Origin: Desulfobulbus propionicus DSM 2032
Lineage (GTDB): Bacteria > Desulfobacterota > Desulfobulbia > Desulfobulbales > Desulfobulbaceae
Assembly (NCBI RefSeq): GCF_000186885.1
Contig: NC_014972.1
Span: 3,690,001-3,722,000 of the forward strand
DNA length: 32,000 nt
Direction of reading: 5' to 3'
A program made the position numbers and the translations under genes. Below, piece after piece: positions 7,159 through 15,213 of the stretch; the stretch's first letter is position 1, and each line of letters starts with the position of its first letter. Under the pieces are notes generated by a model, which was given only the letters and a program-made list of their open reading frames with translations, searched no databases and was not told where the DNA came from.

Positions 7159-8919
7159 TTAAATAATTCTCGGAGTGAGCAGGATAACCAACTCACGTTT
7201 CTGCAAGGTTTTCTCTTCCACGCCAAAAAGGTATTTCACCACGGGAATGCTGCCCAAGCCAGGTGCAAAAGCACCTGTCTTTCCTTCAATACTGTCGATG
7301 AGACCACCGATGATCAGCATTTCTCCGTTTTCGACCTCCACCATGGTCGACATTTCACGTACTTTGACCTGCGGCAGGCCGAGAGACATGGCGGTCTCTC
7401 CCTCACCAATGGTGGTGATCGGGACCTCACCATCACTGGTGGCATTGGCCAAATCGGTTGTAATGGGAGTCAGATGGAGAATAACTTTATTTTCGTCCAG
7501 AATAGAGGCCATCACGCCCAGGGCAATTCCCTGAACCACATTCCCCACTTCAGCAGAATAGGTTATATCTTCGGTGTCGCTATCCTTTTCTCTTGTGACC
7601 GATTTTATGTAAGCAACATCCTTACCGACACTAATAATCGCTGGTTGCCCATTGAGAACGGTCAATTTGGGATTGGCTAACACATGAGTATCTCCCTGTT
7701 CCTCTAGTGCATTGAGAAAAACATCGAATGTTAAACTTGGAATCTCAACACGACTGACAAAAGTATTCGAAAAATCATCAGGGTCAGCAGTTGTGCGTGG
7801 ATGCACTTGGCCATTGTTGCCAAAAAAAGTAGTTGCTGAAATTTGAAAATCTTTAAGAACACTACTCCAATCAAGTCCAATTTTAGAGTTATCTTGCAAA
7901 TAAACTTCTATAATTTTGGCTTCAATGTTAACTTGCTTATACAATGATTTCTTTAAATTATTGATATAATCATCGACAACCTTCAACAAGCTCGGTTTTG
8001 CTGTCACAGTTATAAGTCCTACATTCCGGTCGATAACAAAGGAAGCCTTATCCTTTGCCCCCATGCTCATTGTTTTTTCTTCTGATCCGACCGCATCTCC
8101 TTTTGCTGCTTTCTCTGGTTCACCTTGTTTTGCACTGAACTCTTCACTCTTAGCCGTATTCGGCCCCATATTTTTATCATTTTCTTTTGCTTTGGTTTCT
8201 GCTGAAGATGCCAGAAGAACAGATTGTCGATCAGCCTCAGCTGTTTTGAGGATAATTTTCAAATTCGATTCAACGCTATCCCAAACATTGAACTTGTTTT
8301 CAGGGCTCGATATTTTAACGGATCCTTCTGTGCCTGAAGCAGCATCCTTATTCGAGAGAAAATTTCCGCCTACAGTCGAAGTATAACCGCCCTTCATGGC
8401 GGGAATACCTATTTGATAAACCTTAGTCTCTTTATTACGAACAACGACATTTTTGCCATTCACTTCATGAAAATAGTCAGCTTGACGGAGAAGGTTGGCA
8501 ATCGCATCAAAAAAATTATCGTTGGCTGCGATATCGACATCGACAGGAATCGTTTGGTCAACATCGCTCGCCCAGCTAACGGTCATACCCTTTAAATTCA
8601 CCAATCGTTTCATTACCTCCCAAAGGGGTTGCGGGCCACCTGTGGAACGTATCGTCGCACCCACTTTGATCTGGTATTCTTCAGGCTCGTCACCTAACTC
8701 GTCAACAGTATTATCTGGAGATATTAGGTAACCTGGTGTCTGATATCGAACAGGAAGTTGAGCGGGCGTTGCTATGGGCTTGTTTTCGATGGTGGCGCTC
8801 GAAGATGGTGGAGCGCTCTTATCAACATTATCTTTGGCCTTCTTTTTGGCACCGCAAGAGACCAGGAATGGCAGTGCGATCACAAGACACAGGCAGGCAA
8901 CATATTTGCTCAATTTCAT
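7159..8919 (-). CDS. outer-membrane secretin, lipoprotein type (MshL-like)
   Basis: I start it at the ATG 8917-8919 (MKLSKYVACLCLVIALPFLVSCG, lipobox LVSC, RBS GAGGA upstream). It has an N0-like domain (PLWEVMKRLVNLKGMTVSWASDVD..FFDAIANLL). It has a secretin core (QVNIEAKIIEVYLQDNSKIGLDW, HVLANPKLTVLNGQPAII, GIPVVKYLFGVEEKTLQKRELVILLTPRII). Confidence 0.9.
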   Translation of the reverse strand: MKLSKYVACLCLVIALPFLVSCGAKKKAKDNVDKSAPPSSSATIENKPIATPAQLPVRYQTPGYLISPDNTVDELGDEPEEYQIKVGATIRSTGGPQPLWEVMKRLVNLKGMTVSWASDVDQTIPVDVDIAANDNFFDAIANLLRQADYFHEVNGKNVVVRNKETKVYQIGIPAMKGGYTSTVGGNFLSNKDAASGTEGSVKISSPENKFNVWDSVESNLKIILKTAEADRQSVLLASSAETKAKENDKNMGPNTAKSEEFSAKQGEPEKAAKGDAVGSEEKTMSMGAKDKASFVIDRNVGLITVTAKPSLLKVVDDYINNLKKSLYKQVNIEAKIIEVYLQDNSKIGLDWSSVLKDFQISATTFFGNNGQVHPRTTADPDDFSNTFVSRVEIPSLTFDVFLNALEEQGDTHVLANPKLTVLNGQPAIISVGKDVAYIKSVTREKDSDTEDITYSAEVGNVVQGIALGVMASILDENKVILHLTPITTDLANATSDGEVPITTIGEGETAMSLGLPQVKVREMSTMVEVENGEMLIIGGLIDSIEGKTGAFAPGLGSIPVVKYLFGVEEKTLQKRELVILLTPRII

Positions 8920-8961
8920 AAAATGATCCTCAATATGATCCAAGACACGAAATACAAACCA

Positions 8962-10836
8962 TTATAGGGTGGGATGAACAGCAACCCGTCCTTTGATGAA
9001 TTTTTCCAAGTCAGGGGGAATCTGAAATCCTGATGACAAAATAGCGCGATATTGGGCAGTGGCCTGCTTTTCTTCGCCTAATTTATCGTGAATTCGGGCA
9101 GTCGCGACCATGGAATCGAGATTTTTTCCGTAGAGGCTATCATGACGGTTAAGAGCGGCGAGAGCAGAACGCAAATCTCTGTGATGTTCACTGAAGGCCG
9201 CATAATTCAAAAGAGATTCCTTTAGCGGCTTTGGCCCGCTGGTACTTTGTTTAAAATAAGACTCTGCCTGTCGAGTATCTTGCATGTTGGCAGAGGCAAT
9301 GGCCGCGTTGAGCAGGGCGGATTCATTGCGTGGGTCAGCCTCGATGGCGCGTTTGGCAAAGTATAAAGATTTCGCATTTTGCTGAAGCTGGACGAGATAG
9401 ATGGAGGCGATCTTATTGGCAAGTTTTGAGTTTTTCGGCCATTTTTCCAGTGCCTGCTCATACAGGCCTGCTGCCGTTTCAAAATTTTCCTGCCTTTCTG
9501 CCCCACGGCCTTTGGTAATCAGTTCTTTGGCCTCGATAATTTCAGCAGACTGTTTTTCTTGCTGCTGAACGATAAGTGTATCTCGCTCCATTACCGCTGA
9601 ATCAGCCTCAAAACTTAAGTTATTTTGAGCCTGTTCGGGCCATTTAAACCCCTTTCCTTTGGGATAAATGACTAATGTGTTAAATCGCTCCTCTTTTTCT
9701 AGATCTTTCAAATTGAGAATGATATCGAGAGCGAAATCCCAAGGGACATCATCCAGCACCAAGGTGAGAGCCCCCTCCACCGATTCATCGACAACGATAT
9801 TGACCCCACTTACCTGCCGTAGAAAGTTGAAAACGTTATGTAAATCCATTTTCTGAAATTCAACGGTGATCCGTTCCTTATTATAGCCGGAGAAATTGAA
9901 TGCATCCTGCATTTGCTGTTCTTTGGCTTTTGGTGAAGGTTTTGCATCCAACGGATTAATTGAAGGGAGCTGCGTGTCGATAGTTTTTTGTTGATTAATG
10001 ATCGAAGTAACTTGATCCTTTGACCTTGCCTCATCAACAATGATTTCTAAACCATTTGATATGGCATTAATGCTATATGGAAACAATGCGTCAGAGGATG
10101 AATGGAAACTAAAACGTAAGCCCGTGTCACGACGGGCAATCTGAATTTTTGACAGTGCTGTATCAACTTTGCGATCGGTTAAGGCAGCATCATCACTTGT
10201 GGCGTTATCAATGTCTATGATAAGCTGCGGGGGAATATTTCCGGATTTATCAACGGTACTTTTATTGTATTTCGATACAGTTTCATCGAAAAGCAGCTGT
10301 ATTTTTGTTCTTTTATTTTCTTTGGTTATGGAAACATCGGAAAATTTCGCCTGCTTGGTTCCGGATGAAACATTGACAGGTTGTTGTTGATTAACTGATG
10401 TTTCGCCGTTCTTGGATACGGAATTATTTCCGGCCAACAACAAAACAATTTCATTTTCATTCTGTTTCGTATTAAACGAAATTGCCTCTGGGAGAGTGAA
10501 TTCGAATCGTGATATTGAAGACTTCGCTCCTGGAACTTCACTTGTGGCCAATTTTATATTTTCATTTTCAATCGATTGAACAAAATCTTTCGCTATTTTA
10601 GCATCTGCGATATCAACTACGATCCTTGGAGGATTAGGCAATTCGTATACCGTCGAAACTAAAGAAGCTGTTCCTTTTATTCTTATTTCTTCCTGTTGAT
10701 TTATTTTTTTCAATGTTACCGAACTAATTTGAATTTCAGGTGTTTCGGCGTTAGAACTTGTGTGAAAAATAAAGAAAAACGTGAATAATAGCAGGATGGA
10801 ATATTTCGATCGCGCAAAAGAATGAAACATGATCAT
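8962..10836 (-). CDS. PilQ-N-terminal-like protein: signal peptide + 2 AMIN domains + N0 domain + C-terminal TPR domain, no secretin pore
   Basis: 624 aa. AMIN-like units span aa about 36-135 (..NPPRIVVDIADAKI..) and about 165-268 (..PPQLIIDIDNATSD..). The N0 domain spans aa about 320-393 (ITVEFQKMDLHNVFNFLRQVSGVNIVVDESVEGALTLVLDDVPWDFALDIIL). TPR-like repeats span aa about 440-600. There is no secretin-domain motif. It overlaps pilP by ATGA. Confidence 0.85.
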   Translation of the reverse strand: MIMFHSFARSKYSILLLFTFFFIFHTSSNAETPEIQISSVTLKKINQQEEIRIKGTASLVSTVYELPNPPRIVVDIADAKIAKDFVQSIENENIKLATSEVPGAKSSISRFEFTLPEAISFNTKQNENEIVLLLAGNNSVSKNGETSVNQQQPVNVSSGTKQAKFSDVSITKENKRTKIQLLFDETVSKYNKSTVDKSGNIPPQLIIDIDNATSDDAALTDRKVDTALSKIQIARRDTGLRFSFHSSSDALFPYSINAISNGLEIIVDEARSKDQVTSIINQQKTIDTQLPSINPLDAKPSPKAKEQQMQDAFNFSGYNKERITVEFQKMDLHNVFNFLRQVSGVNIVVDESVEGALTLVLDDVPWDFALDIILNLKDLEKEERFNTLVIYPKGKGFKWPEQAQNNLSFEADSAVMERDTLIVQQQEKQSAEIIEAKELITKGRGAERQENFETAAGLYEQALEKWPKNSKLANKIASIYLVQLQQNAKSLYFAKRAIEADPRNESALLNAAIASANMQDTRQAESYFKQSTSGPKPLKESLLNYAAFSEHHRDLRSALAALNRHDSLYGKNLDSMVATARIHDKLGEEKQATAQYRAILSSGFQIPPDLEKFIKGRVAVHPTL

Positions 10837-11384
10837 TTCTCTCCTTCTTTGTTCAGGCTCATGGTAATAATCGTTTTCATTTCTTTACCCGATCTCGTCA
10901 AAGCGGTTTCCGTAATAAATACTTGATCAGGTGTAATTTTTGTAACAATGCCTCTTTTGCCAATAGGCGTCCCTACTTTCAACAAATATCCTTTATTAGC
11001 TTGATCTTCAACCATCGCTAGTTCGTCAGTTGAACTTATCAAAACACCAACCAATTTGAGCTGTCCTGGTTCAAACAACTGCATTCCTATTAATTCATCT
11101 GTGCTTTCTATGATTTCATTGGGGTCGAATCCAGCAGGGACATCAGCCTTTTCAGAAAGAAACGGTTTGAATGGATCCATCCTCCCCTCAACTTTATAGG
11201 TGTAACTGTTATCCTTTGTACTTAAAAAATTATTAGTCGGATTATCCTCTCCAAAACAGTTGGGTAAAATCCCAAACAAAAATAAAGCATATCCAATTAG
11301 GCAAACCGCAAAGCGCCTAGGATTTTCTTTTTTTTCTATCATTGTGCGGTCATCTCTTATTGTCTTGGATAAAATACTCATCAC
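10833..11384 (-). CDS. pilP: type IV pilus assembly protein PilP-like
   Basis: 183 aa. It has an N-terminal hydrophobic anchor, then GRMDPFKPF and LKLVGVLISS..LLKVGTPIGKRGIVTKITPDQVFITE, which is the PilP pattern. It follows pilO. The start could instead be the internal MIEKK. Confidence 0.7.
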   Translation of the reverse strand: MMSILSKTIRDDRTMIEKKENPRRFAVCLIGYALFLFGILPNCFGEDNPTNNFLSTKDNSYTYKVEGRMDPFKPFLSEKADVPAGFDPNEIIESTDELIGMQLFEPGQLKLVGVLISSTDELAMVEDQANKGYLLKVGTPIGKRGIVTKITPDQVFITETALTRSGKEMKTIITMSLNKEGEK

Positions 11385-11411
11385 ATACAGTACACAAAGG
11401 CTAAAATAGAC

Positions 11412-12053
11412 CTATTTCTTGCCCTTCTTTCCTTTCTGCTCTGGCGGAGGAGCAGGTACATTAGTAAATCGATACGTAACCAATCGGCAGGAGGAAGAAA
11501 GCAACATCTCGCCTTCAACTTGTTCGGCCTTCTCTGTCTTTATATTGTTAACAGTTACTATTCGCTCAAGCTTACTAACTTTATCTAAAAATAATCCCAA
11601 ATTATGATAAGGTCCCTTGATCTTTATATCGATTGGAATTTCAGCATAGAAATCTTTTTGCATTTCCGCTCCAGGTACGAACGATATAAAATCTAGGCCT
11701 GAATTTTTCCCAAGATCGGATATGTTTCGCAACAAATTGGGTATTTCTTGGCTTTTCGGGAGAAGAACAGAAGTGAGTTCAAATTCGTTTTGCGCATCTT
11801 CAAGTTCCTTTTGATGTTTTGGTAAATCGCGAGCCGCTCTTCGGACCTTGTTCAGCTCGTCAGTAGACACTTGAATTTGCTTTTTCAAATTCTCTATATT
11901 TTTTAAATTTTGCTGTAGAAATCCAAAATAAAACAATGAAACAGGTAAAATAAAAGCTAATACCAATATTAATATTTTATACCTTTTATCAAAAGGTATA
12001 AATTTTTCATCAACGAAAATGTCATATTTATTTTTCTTGGATGTCAAACCCAT
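11412..12053 (-). CDS. pilO: type IV pilus assembly protein PilO
   Basis: 213 aa. Single TM helix, coiled coil, then a PilO core (LLPKSQEIPNLLRNISDLGKNSGLDFISFVPG..FYAEIPIDIKIKGPYHNLGLFLDKVSKLERIV). Confidence 0.75.
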   Translation of the reverse strand: MGLTSKKNKYDIFVDEKFIPFDKRYKILILVLAFILPVSLFYFGFLQQNLKNIENLKKQIQVSTDELNKVRRAARDLPKHQKELEDAQNEFELTSVLLPKSQEIPNLLRNISDLGKNSGLDFISFVPGAEMQKDFYAEIPIDIKIKGPYHNLGLFLDKVSKLERIVTVNNIKTEKAEQVEGEMLLSSSCRLVTYRFTNVPAPPPEQKGKKGKK

Positions 12054-12067
12054 TTTTTGGCCTAGTA

Positions 12068-12643
12068 TTAATTTGATATTCTTTGAGCAGTATCGTTATT
12101 CTCGAATCCAACAGTGCAGGAAGTCGAGAAGGCCTTCAAATCTCTATCCGCAAATTTTTCCATTGAAGAACTTACCAATGTTACATTTTTGATATATTTA
12201 GAATTTTCTAGATCATCCATAAATTTCGCGATAGTTTGATCATCAAGTGCCATACCAGTTAAACTGAGTTGAGCCGAATCTTGAGTAATGCCTTTAAGCC
12301 ACATCCGACGAAATGGGATCAGATTTGCAATTTCATCAAGGACGTGAACAGTAAGAGAGGAAGATTGTTTTAACTGTTTTATAACTTCAATACGTGTTGC
12401 AAGAACTTTTTTCTCTTCATCGATTTTCTTGATTTCTGCTAAGATTTTATCATATTGTTTTTTTTCAGATTGCAGAGCGGCATTGGTATCGCGCATTTTC
12501 TTAACAATGTTAGACTGGTAATATCCAAATGCAATAAGCACGATCACCAAAGCACCAAAAAATATTATCGATAAATTAATCTGTTGCTTAGCTTTGTTGC
12601 GCTTAATTATTTCCCGGACCGGGAGTAAATTGATATGAATCAT
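12068..12643 (-). CDS. pilN: type IV pilus assembly protein PilN
   Basis: 191 aa. It has the diagnostic N-terminus MIHINLLPVRE, followed by one TM helix and a coiled coil. Confidence 0.8.
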   Translation of the reverse strand: MIHINLLPVREIIKRNKAKQQINLSIIFFGALVIVLIAFGYYQSNIVKKMRDTNAALQSEKKQYDKILAEIKKIDEEKKVLATRIEVIKQLKQSSSLTVHVLDEIANLIPFRRMWLKGITQDSAQLSLTGMALDDQTIAKFMDDLENSKYIKNVTLVSSSMEKFADRDLKAFSTSCTVGFENNDTAQRISN

Positions 12644-12651
12644 AATTTTTT

Positions 12652-13698
12652 TTAAAAAGATGCAGAGCGAATTGCCAATCCAGCGGCGATGGCCATTTCA
12701 GGGGCTATGGAATCAAGGTAGTTTTCATCAAATTTCTTTGGATCATAGACCATTTTTTTAAAAGGATTAAAAGCGATTACACTCAACCCTGTTTCCTTTT
12801 CTATATATTCTTTGAGTCCATTCACTTTCGACCCTCCGCCACTCAATACCAAATACTTTAAATGTTTATCTGGATTATTCATAAGATACAAGTCAATGGC
12901 TTTCTTGATCTCTAAAACCCATTGGGTGCAAGTCTGGTTGAAAATTTTTTCTATATCTTCACGAAAATTTTCTGCGGAAACGATACCAAGCTTTATCTTT
13001 TCCGCTTGGGCATAATCGATATCAAGAGTGTTCGCCAGTTGCATGGTTAATTGTTCACTACCGACAACAATATCCCTAGCCAATACTGAAACACCTTCAG
13101 ATATGATATTTATATTCATTTTTGAAGCACCGATATCGACAAGTGCAACGTTTTCCATTGGTTCCGAAATAGTTTCCCAAATATTTTCAAGAGCAAACCC
13201 ATCAACATCAACGAGCACGGTCTTCAATTTTATCTCATTGAGCATATCTAAGTAATCATTCACAACCTCTTTTTTCGCCGCAACAAGCATTATGTCGTTT
13301 CGGTCACTATGCTCTTTCTTTGATGGTAATTTTTGAAAATCGAGATAGACATCATTTAAATCAAACGGAATATACTGTTCGGCTTCAGCTTTTATATATT
13401 CCGCTAAGGAATCGTCATCCATCGCCTCTAAATTGATTTTCTTAACAATAACGGAATATCCGGAAATCGAGATACCGATTTTGGTATTTTTTATTCTCAA
13501 ATTTTTGAGAAGGGCAGAAATTGTGCGCCCAACTTCTTCCGGTTCTTGAAGAACGCCATCTTCCACCGCACCTGGTGAAATGGCGGCACTGCCAACGGCC
13601 AATAATTTATAAGTCCGCCCGGATTTCTGGAGTTGGCAAATCTTAACGGCATGGGAACCGATGTCGACTCCGGTGATCAGTTTTTCATTTTTTGCCAT
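12652..13698 (-). CDS. pilM: type IV pilus assembly ATPase-fold protein PilM
   Basis: 348 aa actin-like fold. Motifs are ITGVDIGSHAVKICQL, VALVDIGASKMNINI and LVLSGGGSKVNGLKEYIEKETG. It is the first gene of the operon. Confidence 0.9.
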   Translation of the reverse strand: MAKNEKLITGVDIGSHAVKICQLQKSGRTYKLLAVGSAAISPGAVEDGVLQEPEEVGRTISALLKNLRIKNTKIGISISGYSVIVKKINLEAMDDDSLAEYIKAEAEQYIPFDLNDVYLDFQKLPSKKEHSDRNDIMLVAAKKEVVNDYLDMLNEIKLKTVLVDVDGFALENIWETISEPMENVALVDIGASKMNINIISEGVSVLARDIVVGSEQLTMQLANTLDIDYAQAEKIKLGIVSAENFREDIEKIFNQTCTQWVLEIKKAIDLYLMNNPDKHLKYLVLSGGGSKVNGLKEYIEKETGLSVIAFNPFKKMVYDPKKFDENYLDSIAPEMAIAAGLAIRSASF

Positions 13699-13774
13699 TT
13701 TCTTTTTTCTCTCGTTTAAGTATGGCAGACAAGGTTACCCACAGATATTAAATGCTTTTTTTACTCTGTTTTGT

Positions 13775-13804
13775 ATTAAGCACATAAAATAGATGCTTTG
13801 TCAA
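13775..13804 (-). promoter_or_regulatory. candidate sigma70-type promoter for the pilM operon
   Basis: The minus strand reads TTGACA (13799-13804), 18 nt, then CTTAAT (13775-13780), about 75 nt upstream of pilM. This is a sequence match only. Confidence 0.25.
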
Positions 13805-14355
13805 GCAAGCTGGTATTTTTTTCGCCCAACCTTGATCGTGAAGCGCTATTTGCCCTACAATAGTTAACGTATTGTCATAACATAATTTTTTAAAAAAATT
13901 CACCCCATCTGCCATGCTTGTGAGCTTTACCCGCCTTCATATGTGTATCCCGAGGCAAGAAAAATCGCGCCAGACAGACGAAATGCGTATTACCTGATTA
14001 AAAGCAGCCCAAAATAAAATTGTCAAATGCTGGAGTAAAAATTACCATGCCGCGAACACTGAAACAAAAAATCGATCAATCAGGCAATTTTCTCCAGCAT
14101 CCCATAAAACCGTGCCAGCGCTTTTGCCTCAAAATTGCCCCTTCCCTTCCCACAAAAACCATGGACTGCATTTAAACAAAGTTGACGCCGTATCCTCTTT
14201 TGGTTCAACCTTTCAACGAAAGGTTAAATTGTTGCATTTTTTCACACTAAACGATACAATATGAATTGTTATTCCTTTTGCTGAATCTACACAATCAAAA
14301 TAATTTTCATAAAAAAATTTTATGAATAAAATATTAACAATAAAAATTGAATATT

Positions 14356-15213
14356 ATGTCTTCTTCAGCTATTTTGCTTATTCATTGTCCCGACAATAAA
14401 GGGATAGTTGCAACAGTCAGTGAATTTATCTTTAAAAATAACGGAAACATCACCTATCTCGATCAGCATGTTGATTCAACGCAAAAGACTTTTTTTATGC
14501 GCATTGAATGGGAGTTGGATGATTTTATCATACCCCCCAATAAAATAGGGGAATATTTCGATACACTTATAGCCAAAAAATACTCAATGAAGTGGCAATT
14601 GCATTTTTCCAATGAAGTGCCGCGGATGGCTCTTTTTGTATCAAAACTTCCACATTGCCTATACGACATTCTTTCTCGATGGAAATCGCAAGAGATAGAG
14701 GTTGATATACCTCTCGTTATAAGTAATCATTTGGAGCTCGAACCGATAGCTCGGCAGTTCGGCATTGATTTTTATCATTTTGCCATAAATACTGAAAACA
14801 AAAGGGAACAGGAACAGGCCCAACTGCAACTTTTAGCTGAACATGACATCGAGTTCATCGTCCTTGCCCGGTACATGCAAATTCTCTCCGAAGAATTCAT
14901 CAGTCATTATCGCAACAAGATAATCAACATTCACCATTCTTTTCTCCCCGCCTTTCCCGGAGCGAGACCTTATCATTCGGCCTTCGAACGTGGTGTGAAA
15001 GTCATCGGCGCGACGAGCCATTATGTGACCGCTGAGCTGGATGCCGGCCCGATCATCACCCAGGACATCATCCGCGTCAGTCACGCGGATTCCGTCGACG
15101 ATCTGATGCGGAAAGGTCGGGATCTCGAAAAAGTGATCCTCGCTCGCTCCATCTGGCACCATTTGAAGCGACAAATCCTGGTCTTTCAAAATCGCACGGT
15201 GGTTTTTACTTGA
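14356..15213 (+). CDS. purU: formyltetrahydrofolate deformylase
   Basis: An N-terminal ACT domain (AILLIHCPDNKGIVATVSEFI) is followed by a formyltransferase core (IINIHHSFLPAFPGARPYHSAFERGVKVIGATSHYVTAELDAGPII). The ORF track starts at TTG 14347; I prefer ATG 14356. No clear SD sequence. Confidence 0.9.
   Translation: MSSSAILLIHCPDNKGIVATVSEFIFKNNGNITYLDQHVDSTQKTFFMRIEWELDDFIIPPNKIGEYFDTLIAKKYSMKWQLHFSNEVPRMALFVSKLPHCLYDILSRWKSQEIEVDIPLVISNHLELEPIARQFGIDFYHFAINTENKREQEQAQLQLLAEHDIEFIVLARYMQILSEEFISHYRNKIINIHHSFLPAFPGARPYHSAFERGVKVIGATSHYVTAELDAGPIITQDIIRVSHADSVDDLMRKGRDLEKVILARSIWHHLKRQILVFQNRTVVFT

Larger units (their letters stand above)
5936..14940. other. AT-rich genomic island (compositional anomaly) carrying a type-IV-filament-like envelope operon
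   Basis: Hand-counted 60-nt lines inside the island give 32% (6661), 43% (9001), 27% (12001) and 33% (13081) GC. Flanking lines give 57% (3001), 63% (15001) and 63% (21001). The left edge falls right after the cbiK stop. The right edge is a gradient inside purU (about 14800-15000). Confidence 0.6.

Noticed and set aside
7111-8967. + strand ORFs inside the island (7111..7680, 7175..7534, 8063..8386, 8413..8595, 8495..8731, 8736..8967)
   Set aside because: They are antisense to the secretin gene, which has full-length secretin motifs. They are AT-rich shadow frames.
14047-14175. 42-aa + ORF (MPRTLKQKIDQSGNFLQHPIKPCQRFCLKIAPSLPTKTMDCI) in the pilM-purU intergenic region
   Set aside because: It is too short, has no RBS and has no recognisable features. 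It is kept only as part of the observation on the long intergenic region.
5936-15000. Search for integrase, transposase, IS ends, att-type direct repeats or a copy of the tRNA-Arg 3' end flanking the AT-rich island
   Set aside because: None could be recognised by eye. The island is therefore reported as a compositional anomaly, not as a defined mobile element.
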